A stretch of 64,000 nt of DNA, taken from NCBI GenBank assembly GCA_964230645.1, contig CAXRHT010000002.1:480001-544000 (forward strand), read 5' to 3'. Shown here piece after piece: positions 19,197 through 29,295 of this stretch. Origin of the DNA: Bdellovibrionales bacterium (lineage in GTDB: Bacteria; Bdellovibrionota; Bdellovibrionia; Bdellovibrionales; JAGQZY01). Position numbers and translations under genes: made by a program. The notes under the pieces are model-generated. The model was not told the origin of the DNA. It did no database searches and worked only from the letters and a program-made list of their open reading frames with translations. Each line of letters begins with the position of its first letter. The stretch's first letter is position 1.

Positions 19197-20276
19197 ATGC
19201 TTAAAGGTCTTATTCAATTATCAGTTATCCTGTTCAGCTTACCGCTTTTAGCGGAGGTGGAGTTTGTTTCGCCTGAGAATCCGCAGTGGGAGTCAGAGAC
19301 CCTGCAACTGATGGAAGATGTAAACAACATGTTACCAGCTGACTGGAAAAGACCCCAGGACTTTAAAGTCGCCCTTGTTCCTAATGGTGAACCCAGCTAC
19401 TACCCTCTTTTTAGATATCAGACGCAGACAGGACAGAATGAATCGGTCGATAAGCTCCTGGTGGTCAGCGATAGCTCGCCAGAAAAGTTTGTGCACGAAT
19501 ACGCTCACCTTGTCTTTGACGTTTTACTAAGAAACCGCTCCAATCCTTGGCGCTATCACCTGGCTTGGCAGAAAGTCAGTTACAACGATATTTCCGAAAG
19601 CCTTAGTCAGTATAAAAAACATATCGAGAGCCTTCAAAAAACCAATGAGGAGTTTGTGCAGAAAAAAGAGCAAGGCGATAATTCTGAAATGGTGGCGAAC
19701 ATCATAAGAAACACGGCCCGCTCCGTTGAAAAATACAAAGACCTTGTTGTTATACTTAAGAAGGCTCAAGAGATTGAACTCAACTCCGACTACCCGCTAG
19801 ATCAGTTCAATGCCTTTGAAGCCCTAGAGGCGGCCAATGAACTTTTTGCTGACCTAGTGGCCTCCCTTTATTTTGAAAATTGGCAAGCTATGAAGGATAG
19901 TACTCTCAAAGATATTGCAGAAACGGACCTTGAGGACCGACTTCTTCTTCCTCCCCTTGAAAGCCGAGAGGAGGCCTTAGAGGCATACCTTAACCATCGT
20001 AGTTTTCAACAAGGACTTTTACTTAGTGAGTACGACTTTAAAGAGTGGGAAGCACGTGGGCCCTATATGCAGTTTGCTCCAGTGAGGTCTTACCTTCGTG
20101 ATCTGCTTGATAGTGGTCTTTTAGAGACTAGACCTGAGCTTATCAATCTTCTCGCTCAAAGTATTATGAAAGTTTACCACGAGGACTGGTTAAAAGAACC
20201 TTCATTGGTTGAGAGCCCACTTTTTGATAAAAACCAGTTGTTAATTGAAACAATGGAAGAAAAGCTCTCCCGCTAG
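19197..20276 (+). CDS. Secreted protein, putative gluzincin-like Zn metallopeptidase
   Basis: Signal peptide; HEYAH and a distal NELFAD motif. Confidence 0.6.
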   Translation: MLKGLIQLSVILFSLPLLAEVEFVSPENPQWESETLQLMEDVNNMLPADWKRPQDFKVALVPNGEPSYYPLFRYQTQTGQNESVDKLLVVSDSSPEKFVHEYAHLVFDVLLRNRSNPWRYHLAWQKVSYNDISESLSQYKKHIESLQKTNEEFVQKKEQGDNSEMVANIIRNTARSVEKYKDLVVILKKAQEIELNSDYPLDQFNAFEALEAANELFADLVASLYFENWQAMKDSTLKDIAETDLEDRLLLPPLESREEALEAYLNHRSFQQGLLLSEYDFKEWEARGPYMQFAPVRSYLRDLLDSGLLETRPELINLLAQSIMKVYHEDWLKEPSLVESPLFDKNQLLIETMEEKLSR

Positions 20277-21259
20277 GAATCGATCAAAGCTTTGCGGTTG
20301 GAAGAGCGAGAGGCTTTAAAAGTCGCAATATGAAAAAGAGCATCACCCTTATTAATCAATGGCAACCGGTTACGACCGATAATAATTCCAGGTTCTTCGG
20401 CTCGAATTTCAATTTGCACTCGCCCAAAGAGGTCTTGGACAACACCGAGGACCTCGTCTTTTGCCACGCGGTCCCCGGCTCTTCTGACCACTGAAAGAGA
20501 GCCCCCGTGGGTGGAACGCACCCAGTAGCTGTCTTTGGCGATAACCACATCTTGCTTTTTCTTCTTTTTCTTTTTAGCCAACATTCCAATGGATTCCATC
20601 ACATTGAAACAACCTCGCACTCCGGCCTTGATAACCGTGTCATCAAAACGAAGCGCTTCGCCTCCCTCAAAAAGAAGAATGGGAATGTTTTTCTTCTGAG
20701 CCGCTTCCCTTAAGGAGCCATCGCGAATGGACGAGTTTAGAACTACAGGTGCGCCAAAAGCACGGGCCATGTTTTTTGTTTTATTGTTTTCCAATAATGC
20801 GCGAATTTGAGGAATGTTGTAGCGATGAATGGCTCCAGTGTGAAAATCAATTCCATGGGTGGATTTAAGTACAACCTCTTTCATGAAAATGCGCGCCATC
20901 TGCGAGGCCAAAGACCCCTTCGAGTTTCCGGGGAAAGAGCGATTAAGATCCCTTCGATCAGGGAGATAGCGAGACCTCGCATTAAAGCCAAAAACGTTGA
21001 CCACGGGGACGGCGAGAATCGTACCACTGAGCTTACCGATTTGGATTCTTTTGATCACCTGTCGGATGATCTCAACCCCATTAATCTCATCACCATGGAT
21101 CGCACCAGAGAGAAAGAGTATGGGCCCAGGTCTTGTTCCTCGAATAACTTCTACGGGGATATTCATTTCCGTAAAGTCATAAAGACGACCCACGTCCACT
21201 TGCACCACTCGACGCTCACCGGGGAGAAACTTCTCCCCACAAATTTTCAAAACGGCCAT
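20273..21259 (-). CDS. Succinylglutamate desuccinylase/aspartoacylase (M14-like) family protein
   Basis: GAIHGDEING, DLNRSFPG, IDFHTG motifs; immediately downstream of rimK. Confidence 0.92.
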   Translation of the reverse strand: MAVLKICGEKFLPGERRVVQVDVGRLYDFTEMNIPVEVIRGTRPGPILFLSGAIHGDEINGVEIIRQVIKRIQIGKLSGTILAVPVVNVFGFNARSRYLPDRRDLNRSFPGNSKGSLASQMARIFMKEVVLKSTHGIDFHTGAIHRYNIPQIRALLENNKTKNMARAFGAPVVLNSSIRDGSLREAAQKKNIPILLFEGGEALRFDDTVIKAGVRGCFNVMESIGMLAKKKKKKKQDVVIAKDSYWVRSTHGGSLSVVRRAGDRVAKDEVLGVVQDLFGRVQIEIRAEEPGIIIGRNRLPLINKGDALFHIATFKASRSSNRKALIDS

Positions 21260-21261
21260 TA

Positions 21262-22170
21262 CTAACCTTTACCACGAGTGCGGGTGGATTTCTTCTCTTT
21301 AACGGCCTGTTCTGCAAACTGAATGATTTTTCCGGCCACATCAAGGCCTGTCGTCTTTTCAATTCCCTCAAGTCCGGGAGAAGAGTTCACTTCCATAATT
21401 AAGGGGCCTCTTTCAGCGCGCAAGATATCCACTCCCGCTACATTAAGTCCCATGGCTTTTGCCGCTTTGACCGCTGTGGCTCTCTCCTCGGGAGTGATTT
21501 TAACCACTTCGGCAGAGCCGCCGCCGTGGAGGTTTGATCGGAACTCACCTTCGGGACCCTGTCTTTTCATGGAGGCGATCACTTTGTCATTGATAACAAA
21601 GCAGCGAATATCACTGCCTCCGGCCTCTTTAATAAACTCTTGCACAAGGAAAGGAGAATTCACTCTCCCTAAAAGATCGATCACACTCACCGCGGCCTTT
21701 TTGGTTTCTGCTAAGACAACACCCTTACCTTGAGTCCCCTCTAAAATCTTAATGACCGCTGGCGTGTTTCCGGCCAGTCTTAAAAGCTCATCAGACATTT
21801 TGGTATAGTGAGCAAAACCCGTAGTAGGAAGACCCAACTTCTTTTTAGCCAGAAGTTGCAAAGCTCGCAACTTATCCCGAGACCTAGAGATGGCCACAGA
21901 TTCATTCACTGAATAAATCCCTCCCATTTCAAACTGCCTCACAACCGCGGTCCCATAAAAAGTAATTGAGGCTCCAATTCTCGGGATAATCGCGTCAAAA
22001 TCATCAAGAGTGCGATCTTGATAGAGAACAACGGGCTTTTCTGTATTAATATTCATATAACACTTTAACGGATCCACTACTTCGACTTCATGACCCCGTT
22101 TCTCACAGGCCTTCACGAGTTGGCTGGTAGAGTAAAGCGACTTTTTTCGAGAGAGAATTCCAAATTTCAT
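21262..22170 (-). CDS. rimK: 30S ribosomal protein S6--L-glutamate ligase
   Basis: [52 protein letters not shown] motifs. Confidence 0.96.
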   Translation of the reverse strand: MKFGILSRKKSLYSTSQLVKACEKRGHEVEVVDPLKCYMNINTEKPVVLYQDRTLDDFDAIIPRIGASITFYGTAVVRQFEMGGIYSVNESVAISRSRDKLRALQLLAKKKLGLPTTGFAHYTKMSDELLRLAGNTPAVIKILEGTQGKGVVLAETKKAAVSVIDLLGRVNSPFLVQEFIKEAGGSDIRCFVINDKVIASMKRQGPEGEFRSNLHGGGSAEVVKITPEERATAVKAAKAMGLNVAGVDILRAERGPLIMEVNSSPGLEGIEKTTGLDVAGKIIQFAEQAVKEKKSTRTRGKG

Positions 22171-22619
22171 TATTTTTTATCCTTTGTTTTTTTATGTAAG
22201 AAAGAGCGGCCACTGTTTACCAAGTAACGACCTTTAAGAGCCTTTCGACCGATCAACATTCGAAACCCCATGAGATCACGATTGACCAAAGTGAATTCGG
22301 TCTCAAAAATATCGTCACCCACTTTGAGATCTAAAAGGATCACAGGCCTTAGGCTCACATGCCCGGATGAGCTCCTCACTTTTCTTTTAGAGTGAATTTT
22401 CACTTTACAAGAGATCGTCGGTTTCGCCGAATCTTGATTGGGGTGAATTTTAAAATGAGCGTATTCGTAACGCCCCACTTTTTTAATCGACAGTTCCGTG
22501 GCGTGGAGGGCCGAGGTCCTTGCTCCCGTGTCGACTTTTGCCTTGATTTTATGTTTGGTTAAATCGGGAAGCTGAATCTCCTCACGCCAACCAATTTGTT
22601 TTAATTTCTTTTTCACCAT
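22170..22619 (-). CDS. RimK-associated retropepsin-like protease (ATP-dependent zinc protease family, RimB-like)
   Basis: [36 protein letters not shown] at 22619 preferred. Confidence 0.9.
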   Translation of the reverse strand: MVKKKLKQIGWREEIQLPDLTKHKIKAKVDTGARTSALHATELSIKKVGRYEYAHFKIHPNQDSAKPTISCKVKIHSKRKVRSSSGHVSLRPVILLDLKVGDDIFETEFTLVNRDLMGFRMLIGRKALKGRYLVNSGRSFLHKKTKDKK

Positions 22620-22780
22620 AGAGCTTAACTGTAGCCATAAAAAAACAACTTTGGTAGCCATAAACCGTCTTGACAGGCAGTGCCTGAGAATCACTCCTAG
22701 GTCTAAGCACTCCCTGCTAAAATTCCTATTTTTCTACACACACTCTTTGCAAAATCTTAAAAAAAAGAATTTAATTAGGT

Positions 22781-24331
22781 ATGTCTTTAGAACTCCGTGA
22801 AAGAGCACATTTTTCGGTTCCGGCTCCTCTCACCAGTCAATTTCGAAATCAAAGTACGGCCAAAGCTCTCAGCCCTCTTGTAATTCTCTCAATCGCGGCT
22901 CTTTCGTCGGTTTTATTTTTTACTATGGCCGTCTTTCTTCCTAACGTCAGAGTGACTTTGATCTTCACTGGCATTTCCATTGCCTTATTGACATTTTTGA
23001 TACTTGTAATTTTTAAGAAAAATTCTGAGTTGAAGGCCAACAAACTAGCTGGCCATAGACTATCAAACATCGAAATTTCAAAGGGGAAACTGCGCCTTCC
23101 CAATTACCTTAAATATCCTCAACAAAAAAATGAGAATCGAGGCTGGCAAGAAGAGTACAGTGTTTTTACAACTTCGGACCTGTTGGACTTTGAGATAGCG
23201 AAAGGAGGGAAACACACCCCACGTCTATTTTTAATTGAAACAAAAGTTCACGGCAAAAAGCAGGCTTTTCAATTTATCAACCCCCTTGAAAAACGAGAAG
23301 AACAGAGTTTTACAAAAGCGCTTCAAGACTCTCTCCCCGACTCCCATCATTTGTTTAGCCCAGAGGCTCAGTCCCTCAGAAAACAAAAAGCCATGGCTCA
23401 TGGGGCTGCCTTTCTTTTTCTATTTCTTGGAGTGGCTGGCATTCTTACCTCGGTCCTCTTTTTCCCACCTGTTCTTTATTACACTCATCTGGTTCACTTA
23501 TTTCTATATTCCTTTGCCCCAGGACTCCTCGCGGCTGTTGTATTGCGAAAAGGTCTTTTGACCCATATTTTTGATGATGGTTATGGCAGAGAGCTTTCTT
23601 TTTACCTGTTTGTTCCAAGTTTATGGATGCTTTTTGCCATGATTTTACAATTAGGAAACCTCTTTCTCCCCTCTGAAAGCTTTGAAGAAAGAGTCACGAT
23701 TACTGAAAAATTTAAAACAAAGTCTAAAAATAGCACGCACCATTATTTGTCCTACCCTCAACCTGAGCAAGGAAGCTTTCTTTTTAAATTCAAAGAGCGG
23801 TCCTCTTTTTCTGTCTCAGAGAGAGTCTTTAGCAAAACCCAGATCGGTAAAGACACCTACCTTCTGAGTTTTAACCAGGGATTTTTCGCCCTCCCCTTTA
23901 TCGATAAAAAGCGGAAGGTCCTCTCAAAACCACAAAATCAGCGAAAAAGTGATGGACAATCGCTCAGTCTTCTTAGTCGACTGCGAAGATGGCAAGCGCA
24001 GATACCGCCCTTTCCTAAAAACCCCGAGTACCGCTATGAATACTGGAATAACAAACAATTGAAATCAAAGGAGCCCCATCAGGGTGGCTTTAACCACGGG
24101 GTCGCTTACTATTACCATTCCAATGGGCAAGCTTATTCTGTCATCACATGGGTTAAAGGCAAAAAACAGGGGCGCTACAAAACCTATCGCAAAGATGGAA
24201 GTCTCGAAGCGCATTACTCGGTCAAGAATGGACGCCTCCATGGACTCAACCGCTGGTACAATAAAAAGGGGCGCCTCAAACAAGCCATCATTTATGATGA
24301 TGGCAAAGCTCTCAAGAGCAAAAAGTTTTAA
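22781..24331 (+). CDS. Membrane protein with C-terminal MORN-variant (YwqK-like) repeats
   Basis: Several TM segments, then HGVAYYYHSNG / QGRYKTYRKDG / HGLNRWYNKKG repeats. Confidence 0.7.
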   Translation: MSLELRERAHFSVPAPLTSQFRNQSTAKALSPLVILSIAALSSVLFFTMAVFLPNVRVTLIFTGISIALLTFLILVIFKKNSELKANKLAGHRLSNIEISKGKLRLPNYLKYPQQKNENRGWQEEYSVFTTSDLLDFEIAKGGKHTPRLFLIETKVHGKKQAFQFINPLEKREEQSFTKALQDSLPDSHHLFSPEAQSLRKQKAMAHGAAFLFLFLGVAGILTSVLFFPPVLYYTHLVHLFLYSFAPGLLAAVVLRKGLLTHIFDDGYGRELSFYLFVPSLWMLFAMILQLGNLFLPSESFEERVTITEKFKTKSKNSTHHYLSYPQPEQGSFLFKFKERSSFSVSERVFSKTQIGKDTYLLSFNQGFFALPFIDKKRKVLSKPQNQRKSDGQSLSLLSRLRRWQAQIPPFPKNPEYRYEYWNNKQLKSKEPHQGGFNHGVAYYYHSNGQAYSVITWVKGKKQGRYKTYRKDGSLEAHYSVKNGRLHGLNRWYNKKGRLKQAIIYDDGKALKSKKF

Positions 24332-24417
24332 CCTTTATTATTTTAGAGAAATTAAAAGCTTAGAAATGACAATTGTAGACCCAAAAAAAGACTGGGCCTA
24401 CAATAGTCCGTAGGGGT

Positions 24418-24762
24418 TCAGGCCGGTTGGCTTAAACCTTGGCTGGCAGGCACTCTAATTTCCCGATTGATATTAGAGCGTGAAAATTTCCAGTTTTCAA
24501 TTTGAACGAGCATCTTGCGCTCAATGAGCTTAAGAGCCGGATAAATGTTTTCACTGGCCGATTGCCCTTCAAAACATTTAACCACAGACTTGATCTCGCA
24601 ATGGGTTCTAAAAAGCACATTGCCCTTAGTGATCTCCAATTTAATATTGGCATCACTGGGTGCTTCCCATTGTAGACGATCAACAAGGCTACGAATGAGC
24701 TGCTCTTCTTTTTTTGTAGGCGTAAACCCTTTGGTTCGAACCTGAAAATCATACAGTTCCAT
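24418..24762 (-). CDS. HPF/RaiA-like small protein
   Basis: GGAGGA RBS before MELYDF; beta-alpha-beta-beta-beta-alpha pattern and ENIYPALKLIERKMLVQI helix reminiscent of HPF. Confidence 0.5.
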   Translation of the reverse strand: MELYDFQVRTKGFTPTKKEEQLIRSLVDRLQWEAPSDANIKLEITKGNVLFRTHCEIKSVVKCFEGQSASENIYPALKLIERKMLVQIENWKFSRSNINREIRVPASQGLSQPA

Positions 24763-25064
24763 ACATCCTCCTTTTGCTATTGAGAAAAATGTAAAAATTT
24801 TTTCAGTTTCAGTACAAAAAAAACCAAACAACATAATCAACTATTCAAAATTAACATTTTATCTCGGGGGAAGTGCGAATTGTTCCCCCATCAAATTTCG
24901 TGGGATTAGCCCACTCTCTCAGATGTCATAATTATAAGTAATAAATTTTGAAATTTCCACTGCTTTTTAGAGATGTGTACAAATTTAAACCATTAGAACA
25001 ACTGCATTTTTTAGAATTTTACTTCCCTTCCATTCAGCCATTTTTTTCGACCACTGGTAAAGAC

Positions 25065-26303
25065 TTAAGAGTCGCGATCCAACTGGCGTTCCGACATGAT
25101 CTGCTCAATATGAGACCGAACACTGGGGTAGTCTTGCGCGAGACTTTCAAAGTCTTTGCGCGACAATGTGTAAACCTCACAAAAACTTTTGGCCACAGCT
25201 GTGGCTGAGCGAGGGCGCTCTGAAATCAAGGCCATCTCTCCAAAAAAACTACCATCACTCAATGTGGCCAGAGGGTTTTGGCTCTGGTCTTTAATCTCAA
25301 CGTCCCCGGACTGAATGAAGTAGATCTCTTCGCCAGGATCATCCGTTTTAAAAATAACCTCTCCGGGAAGAAGAACGCGAGACTCTAAACGACTCATCAT
25401 GGCTGAGAGAAGATCTTCGCTCGCTCCACGGAAGAAGGGGACTTTCTCTATAATGGACTTGTTAACATAAAGTAAAAGTTGTGATTGCATTTTTTGAGGA
25501 AGATCCTCTAACAAATCCTCACCGTGATAGCCTTTCTTGTTTTGCCAAAGATACTGGTAATAAGTTCGAACCTCGTTTTTAAGAGAGCCCGGCACTTTAT
25601 GAATGCGCATAAATGTCTCCACCTTATCCAGGTTATCCATGTGACGCTCTCTTGCCGCATCAACACGCGCGAGAATTCCGGCGACATTACTTAGAGCGTA
25701 GCCAAAAATTCCCACCCCAAGAATCTGTACAAGACCGGCGAATATCATTTGAGATATAGTGACCGCCGAAATGTCTCCGTAACCCACGGTTGTTAAGGTC
25801 GTGATCGCCCAATAGTAGGCTTTAACGTAGACGACTACAAACTCACCCTCACTACCAGCACTACCACTGCCAAGTGCGATCCAAATGCAGGCGGTGAAAT
25901 GAACCAAAAATGGGGCCGTTAAAAAAAGAGGGGCTAATCGAAAAACTATGGCCGGTAGAGTCGGAAACTCTTCAAGAAGAGATCGTATTCTTTTAAAATT
26001 TCTCAGACTCCAAAGAGCCAGAAAATAACCGTAATAGGCGAAATCCCCTGTTAAAATTAAAGGCCAGGGGATCAAATAGAGGCTATCAAAAAAACTGACC
26101 ACCCATGGGGTGATTCCTCTTTGTCGACTTTCATTTTTAAAATTTAAAAAAATGTTTATCAAAGAAAGGCTCGTTAGTACTAAAAAATAGATTCCAACAA
26201 GGGGTCTAGGGCCTTCAAACCCAATGAGAAAGAAAGGGAGAAAAAGGCCAATATAGAGTGTCGCAATTAATGAAAAAAGGCGAAGCCCTTGCAGGTTATT
26301 CAT
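25065..26303 (-). CDS. Cyclic nucleotide-gated K+ channel
   Basis: TLTTVGYGD selectivity filter, C-linker, cNMP domain FFGEMAL...PRSATA; ATG at 26303 preferred over 26330. Confidence 0.93.
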   Translation of the reverse strand: MNNLQGLRLFSLIATLYIGLFLPFFLIGFEGPRPLVGIYFLVLTSLSLINIFLNFKNESRQRGITPWVVSFFDSLYLIPWPLILTGDFAYYGYFLALWSLRNFKRIRSLLEEFPTLPAIVFRLAPLFLTAPFLVHFTACIWIALGSGSAGSEGEFVVVYVKAYYWAITTLTTVGYGDISAVTISQMIFAGLVQILGVGIFGYALSNVAGILARVDAARERHMDNLDKVETFMRIHKVPGSLKNEVRTYYQYLWQNKKGYHGEDLLEDLPQKMQSQLLLYVNKSIIEKVPFFRGASEDLLSAMMSRLESRVLLPGEVIFKTDDPGEEIYFIQSGDVEIKDQSQNPLATLSDGSFFGEMALISERPRSATAVAKSFCEVYTLSRKDFESLAQDYPSVRSHIEQIMSERQLDRDS

Positions 26304-26454
26304 GTCAATATATCGGCTATAACGGATCATTTTTGGACAGGACGTTGGACCAATCGTTCCTTACCGAGTCTGCACTCTCAGCCATAGAGCCTCTTAAACC
26401 CGCACCGCTTCATAACAAAATAGCTAGTTATTCCAGTTATTTGGAATTAGTACT

Positions 26455-26509
26455 TTAATATTATTAATCTAAATATTAACTTTATTAAATTATATTTGAA
26501 TTTTATTGA
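26455..26509 (+). promoter_or_regulatory. Three direct repeats phased at 21 bp (candidate operator)
   Basis: TTAATATTATTAA at 26455, TTAACTTTATTAA at 26476, TGAATTTTATTGA at 26497. Confidence 0.5.
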
Positions 26510-26541
26510 ACGCAATTCTATAAAAACTCCAAGGAGGAGCT

Positions 26542-26904
26542 ATGAGCCCACTGGTAACAAGCTGCCCGTCTTGCGGGCAAAAGGAAGTACAAGTCACCAA
26601 AATCGAGTGCCGAGACTGTGGTACCCGCTTTGAGGGCCAGTTTGAAATACCGAAACTCTTAAAGCTCTCCTCCGAGCAGCTTCACTTCGTGATGGAGTTT
26701 GTAAAGTGCTCTGGAAGTCTTAAGCAAATGGCAAAAATCCAAAAGATCTCCTACCCCACGTTGCGGAACAAACTCAATGAACTCATCGAAGTCATAGAAA
26801 GCCTAGAGAAAACAAAGGGAGTTAGCAAAGACGAAATCCTACAACTTCTCGAAGACGGTAAAATAACAGCCAAACAAGCGGCTAAAAAACTACAGGCCCT
26901 ATGA
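26542..26904 (+). CDS. DUF2089 family protein (Zn ribbon, HTH, SHOCT-like tail)
   Basis: CPSCG..CRDCG, GSLKQMAK..KISYPTLRNKL, ILQLLEDGKITAKQA; AAGGAGG RBS. Confidence 0.88.
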   Translation: MSPLVTSCPSCGQKEVQVTKIECRDCGTRFEGQFEIPKLLKLSSEQLHFVMEFVKCSGSLKQMAKIQKISYPTLRNKLNELIEVIESLEKTKGVSKDEILQLLEDGKITAKQAAKKLQAL

Positions 26905-26911
26905 GGATGCC

Positions 26912-27601
26912 ATGAAAAAAGACCAAGAACGTTTACTCAACCTCTATAACGACAACAAAATATCCGAGGACGATTTTCACCTGTTGAAAAAAGCACTCGA
27001 AGAAAAAAAGACTTGGAGCCAAAAGTTTTTTCATCGCTTTATTAATCCCTTTGACCGCGTGGCGGGGTATCCCGCATTGGCCTTGGGTCTTTTGATTTTA
27101 GCCTTAATGAGTCTTATCTCTCAATCCGCTAGCATCCATTTCCCAGGACTTTTTGATTTAAAAATCTTTTCCCCCACAGCAGAAAAAATCACTCTCAACT
27201 TTCAAAAGATATTTTTACAGAACATGGTGATCTCTTTAAGCCTTGCCACTGCTTTTTATTTCAGTGGACGAATTAATAAAAAGTCCTCTCTTCGCTTTAT
27301 TGATTTTTTAGGCACGACCATGATGGCCCGATTCCCCTACCTAGTGGCAAGCCTTGTTTTCTTTGCCCTTCATCTTAGAGGAACCAATCTTCATTTTGAT
27401 AAGGTTGAAGATGTAAACACCTACACTCTTAGTATTATCACATTCACAGCTCTCATCAGTATTGTATGGCTTGTCGCCACCTACTTTTACTCCCTCAAGG
27501 AGTCCTCAGGCCTTAGAGGAAAAGCTCTGTGGGTGAGCTTTATAGCGAGCCTAATCGCTATTGAAATTTTAACCCTTTATCTAAATCACCAACTTTTATA
27601 G
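26912..27601 (+). CDS. Yip1-like membrane protein with N-terminal SHOCT-like helix
   Basis: RLLNLYNDNKISEDDF, then NPFDRVAG and about five TM segments. Confidence 0.7.
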   Translation: MKKDQERLLNLYNDNKISEDDFHLLKKALEEKKTWSQKFFHRFINPFDRVAGYPALALGLLILALMSLISQSASIHFPGLFDLKIFSPTAEKITLNFQKIFLQNMVISLSLATAFYFSGRINKKSSLRFIDFLGTTMMARFPYLVASLVFFALHLRGTNLHFDKVEDVNTYTLSIITFTALISIVWLVATYFYSLKESSGLRGKALWVSFIASLIAIEILTLYLNHQLL

Positions 27602-27610
27602 GAGTCGGTC

Positions 27611-28696
27611 ATGCCCTTTTATTATTTCGCAACTATTATGTTACTTTGTTTTCAATCTCTAGCTTTTAGTGAGAAAGACATATCCTTTATAGCCAGCGAT
27701 GGTCTTGAGATTGGAGGTACTTTAAGCCTTCCTGAAAACTTATCCAAACATACCCGACCGGCTCTTTTATTTTTACATGGTAGTGGTCCCCTTGACCGCG
27801 ACTTAAGAATTCCTGGAAAACTCACCGCCAACGGAAAACCAAGCTATATTTTTAAAAACATGGCTCAAAGACTCTCTAAAGAAGGCTTTATCTCCTATCG
27901 TTTTGATAAACGTGGAGTGACCAAGGCAGTACAAGGGGGAGCTCCTATCATTGACCAAGATATTTACGCCACAGCGGATGTCGATCAATTGGTTATTGAC
28001 GCTCTCTCAGCCTTAAGCGTCTTAAGAAATCATCCTAATGTAAACCCTGAAAAAATACTTCTGATCGGACTGAGCGAAGGAACTATTCTGGCTCCATTGG
28101 TGGCAAAAAAAGCAGACATTAGTGGTCTCATTTTACTCAGTGCCGCCGGTCAAAACTTAAAGGACCTCTTATATTTTCAACAAGTACAAAGAAATATTGA
28201 CTGGGCTCGTGAAAAGATCGACCTCAATGAAGATGGCTATCTCGTGCAAGAGGAGGTGGATCAGTTTCCCGCAACAAACTTCCCCTTGGAACTCATGGAT
28301 CTCGATAAAGACAGCCGAGTTTCTTTGGCCGAACTGAAAGCGCTACTGGTAGCACAACACTATAACAGTCTCGAACTTATGCTAAAAAGCCCCAGCAAAG
28401 ATTGGTATCAGCAGCACTTTGAACTAACACCAAACTATAAGACTTTGGCTTCGTTTGAAGGGCCCATTTTATTGATGCAAGGAGAGATTGATGCACAAAC
28501 GCCTCTTTCCGACGCCTTGTTGATAAAAAGTCATTTGCAAGCCAGTGGACATACCGCTTTGAGCTTTATAAGCTTTCCAAACCTTGGCCACGGCTTTTCA
28601 CCTCACATTGGAAAAAATAAAATTATTCCCACAGTAGGCCCTATGGAGCCTTATGTCCTAGAACCTCTTGTGGACTGGATGCAGGAGAATTTTTAG
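27611..28696 (+). CDS. Exported alpha/beta hydrolase with two EF-hand-like loops
   Basis: HGSGPLDRD, RFDKRG, GLSEG, QGEID, NLGH catalytic motifs; DLNEDGYLVQEE and DLDKDSRVSLAE. Confidence 0.85.
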   Translation: MPFYYFATIMLLCFQSLAFSEKDISFIASDGLEIGGTLSLPENLSKHTRPALLFLHGSGPLDRDLRIPGKLTANGKPSYIFKNMAQRLSKEGFISYRFDKRGVTKAVQGGAPIIDQDIYATADVDQLVIDALSALSVLRNHPNVNPEKILLIGLSEGTILAPLVAKKADISGLILLSAAGQNLKDLLYFQQVQRNIDWAREKIDLNEDGYLVQEEVDQFPATNFPLELMDLDKDSRVSLAELKALLVAQHYNSLELMLKSPSKDWYQQHFELTPNYKTLASFEGPILLMQGEIDAQTPLSDALLIKSHLQASGHTALSFISFPNLGHGFSPHIGKNKIIPTVGPMEPYVLEPLVDWMQENF

Positions 28697-28707
28697 TTTT
28701 CTAAAAC

Positions 28708-28744
28708 AAAAAAAGCCGGAGGAACTTGGATCCATCCGGCTTTT
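28708..28744. terminator. Bidirectional terminator
   Basis: A-tract GCCGGA...TCCGGC T-tract between convergent genes. Confidence 0.7.
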
Positions 28745-28768
28745 GAAATCGAAAAATACTTTTAGAGA

Positions 28769-29077
28769 TTACTGCACTTCAGAGACAAGCTTTGAATCAA
28801 TCAGTGCGCAGGTTCCCTGGGGGCCATTTTCAGTTAAAACCTTGTAGACGGCTCGGTAAGGGATTCCAATCATATTGCCATCAAGATCTAAACCGACTTG
28901 CACTTCATAAAGAGTGTGACCTGTCATTTCTAAATCTTTTTGAACAGAAACAACTTTTTTGCCCTCTTCGAGCCAATCAGAAACTTGAAATTTGATTTGA
29001 TCAGCACAGCTAATTTGGCTGGCTTGAGCTGAAGAAAATGCGAAAAAACTAATTAAAATAAGAGTAAGTGCTTTCAT
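28769..29077 (-). CDS. Small secreted protein
   Basis: MKALTLILISFFAFSSAQA signal peptide; AAGGAG RBS. Confidence 0.75.
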   Translation of the reverse strand: MKALTLILISFFAFSSAQASQISCADQIKFQVSDWLEEGKKVVSVQKDLEMTGHTLYEVQVGLDLDGNMIGIPYRAVYKVLTENGPQGTCALIDSKLVSEVQ

Positions 29078-29239
29078 TGAGTCTCCTTTATGGTTTTGCT
29101 TACAAGAAGACATACTGCAGTTACTAATTTTTTTCTATTGAAGAGATTACAACTTGACGGTTCAAAATGTAATTTGTCAAAGATGTCCCCTCATTTTAGG
29201 ACACCCATACCTTTACTATCAAAAATATTCTGAGATTAT

Positions 29240-29274
29240 AAAAAAAACCCACATTCTATTCAGATGTGGGCTTT
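29240..29274 (-). terminator. Rho-independent terminator
   Basis: CCCACAT..ATGTGGG stem with a T tract on the minus strand. Confidence 0.7.
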
Positions 29275-29295
29275 GAAGCATTAGTTTTGCTTACT

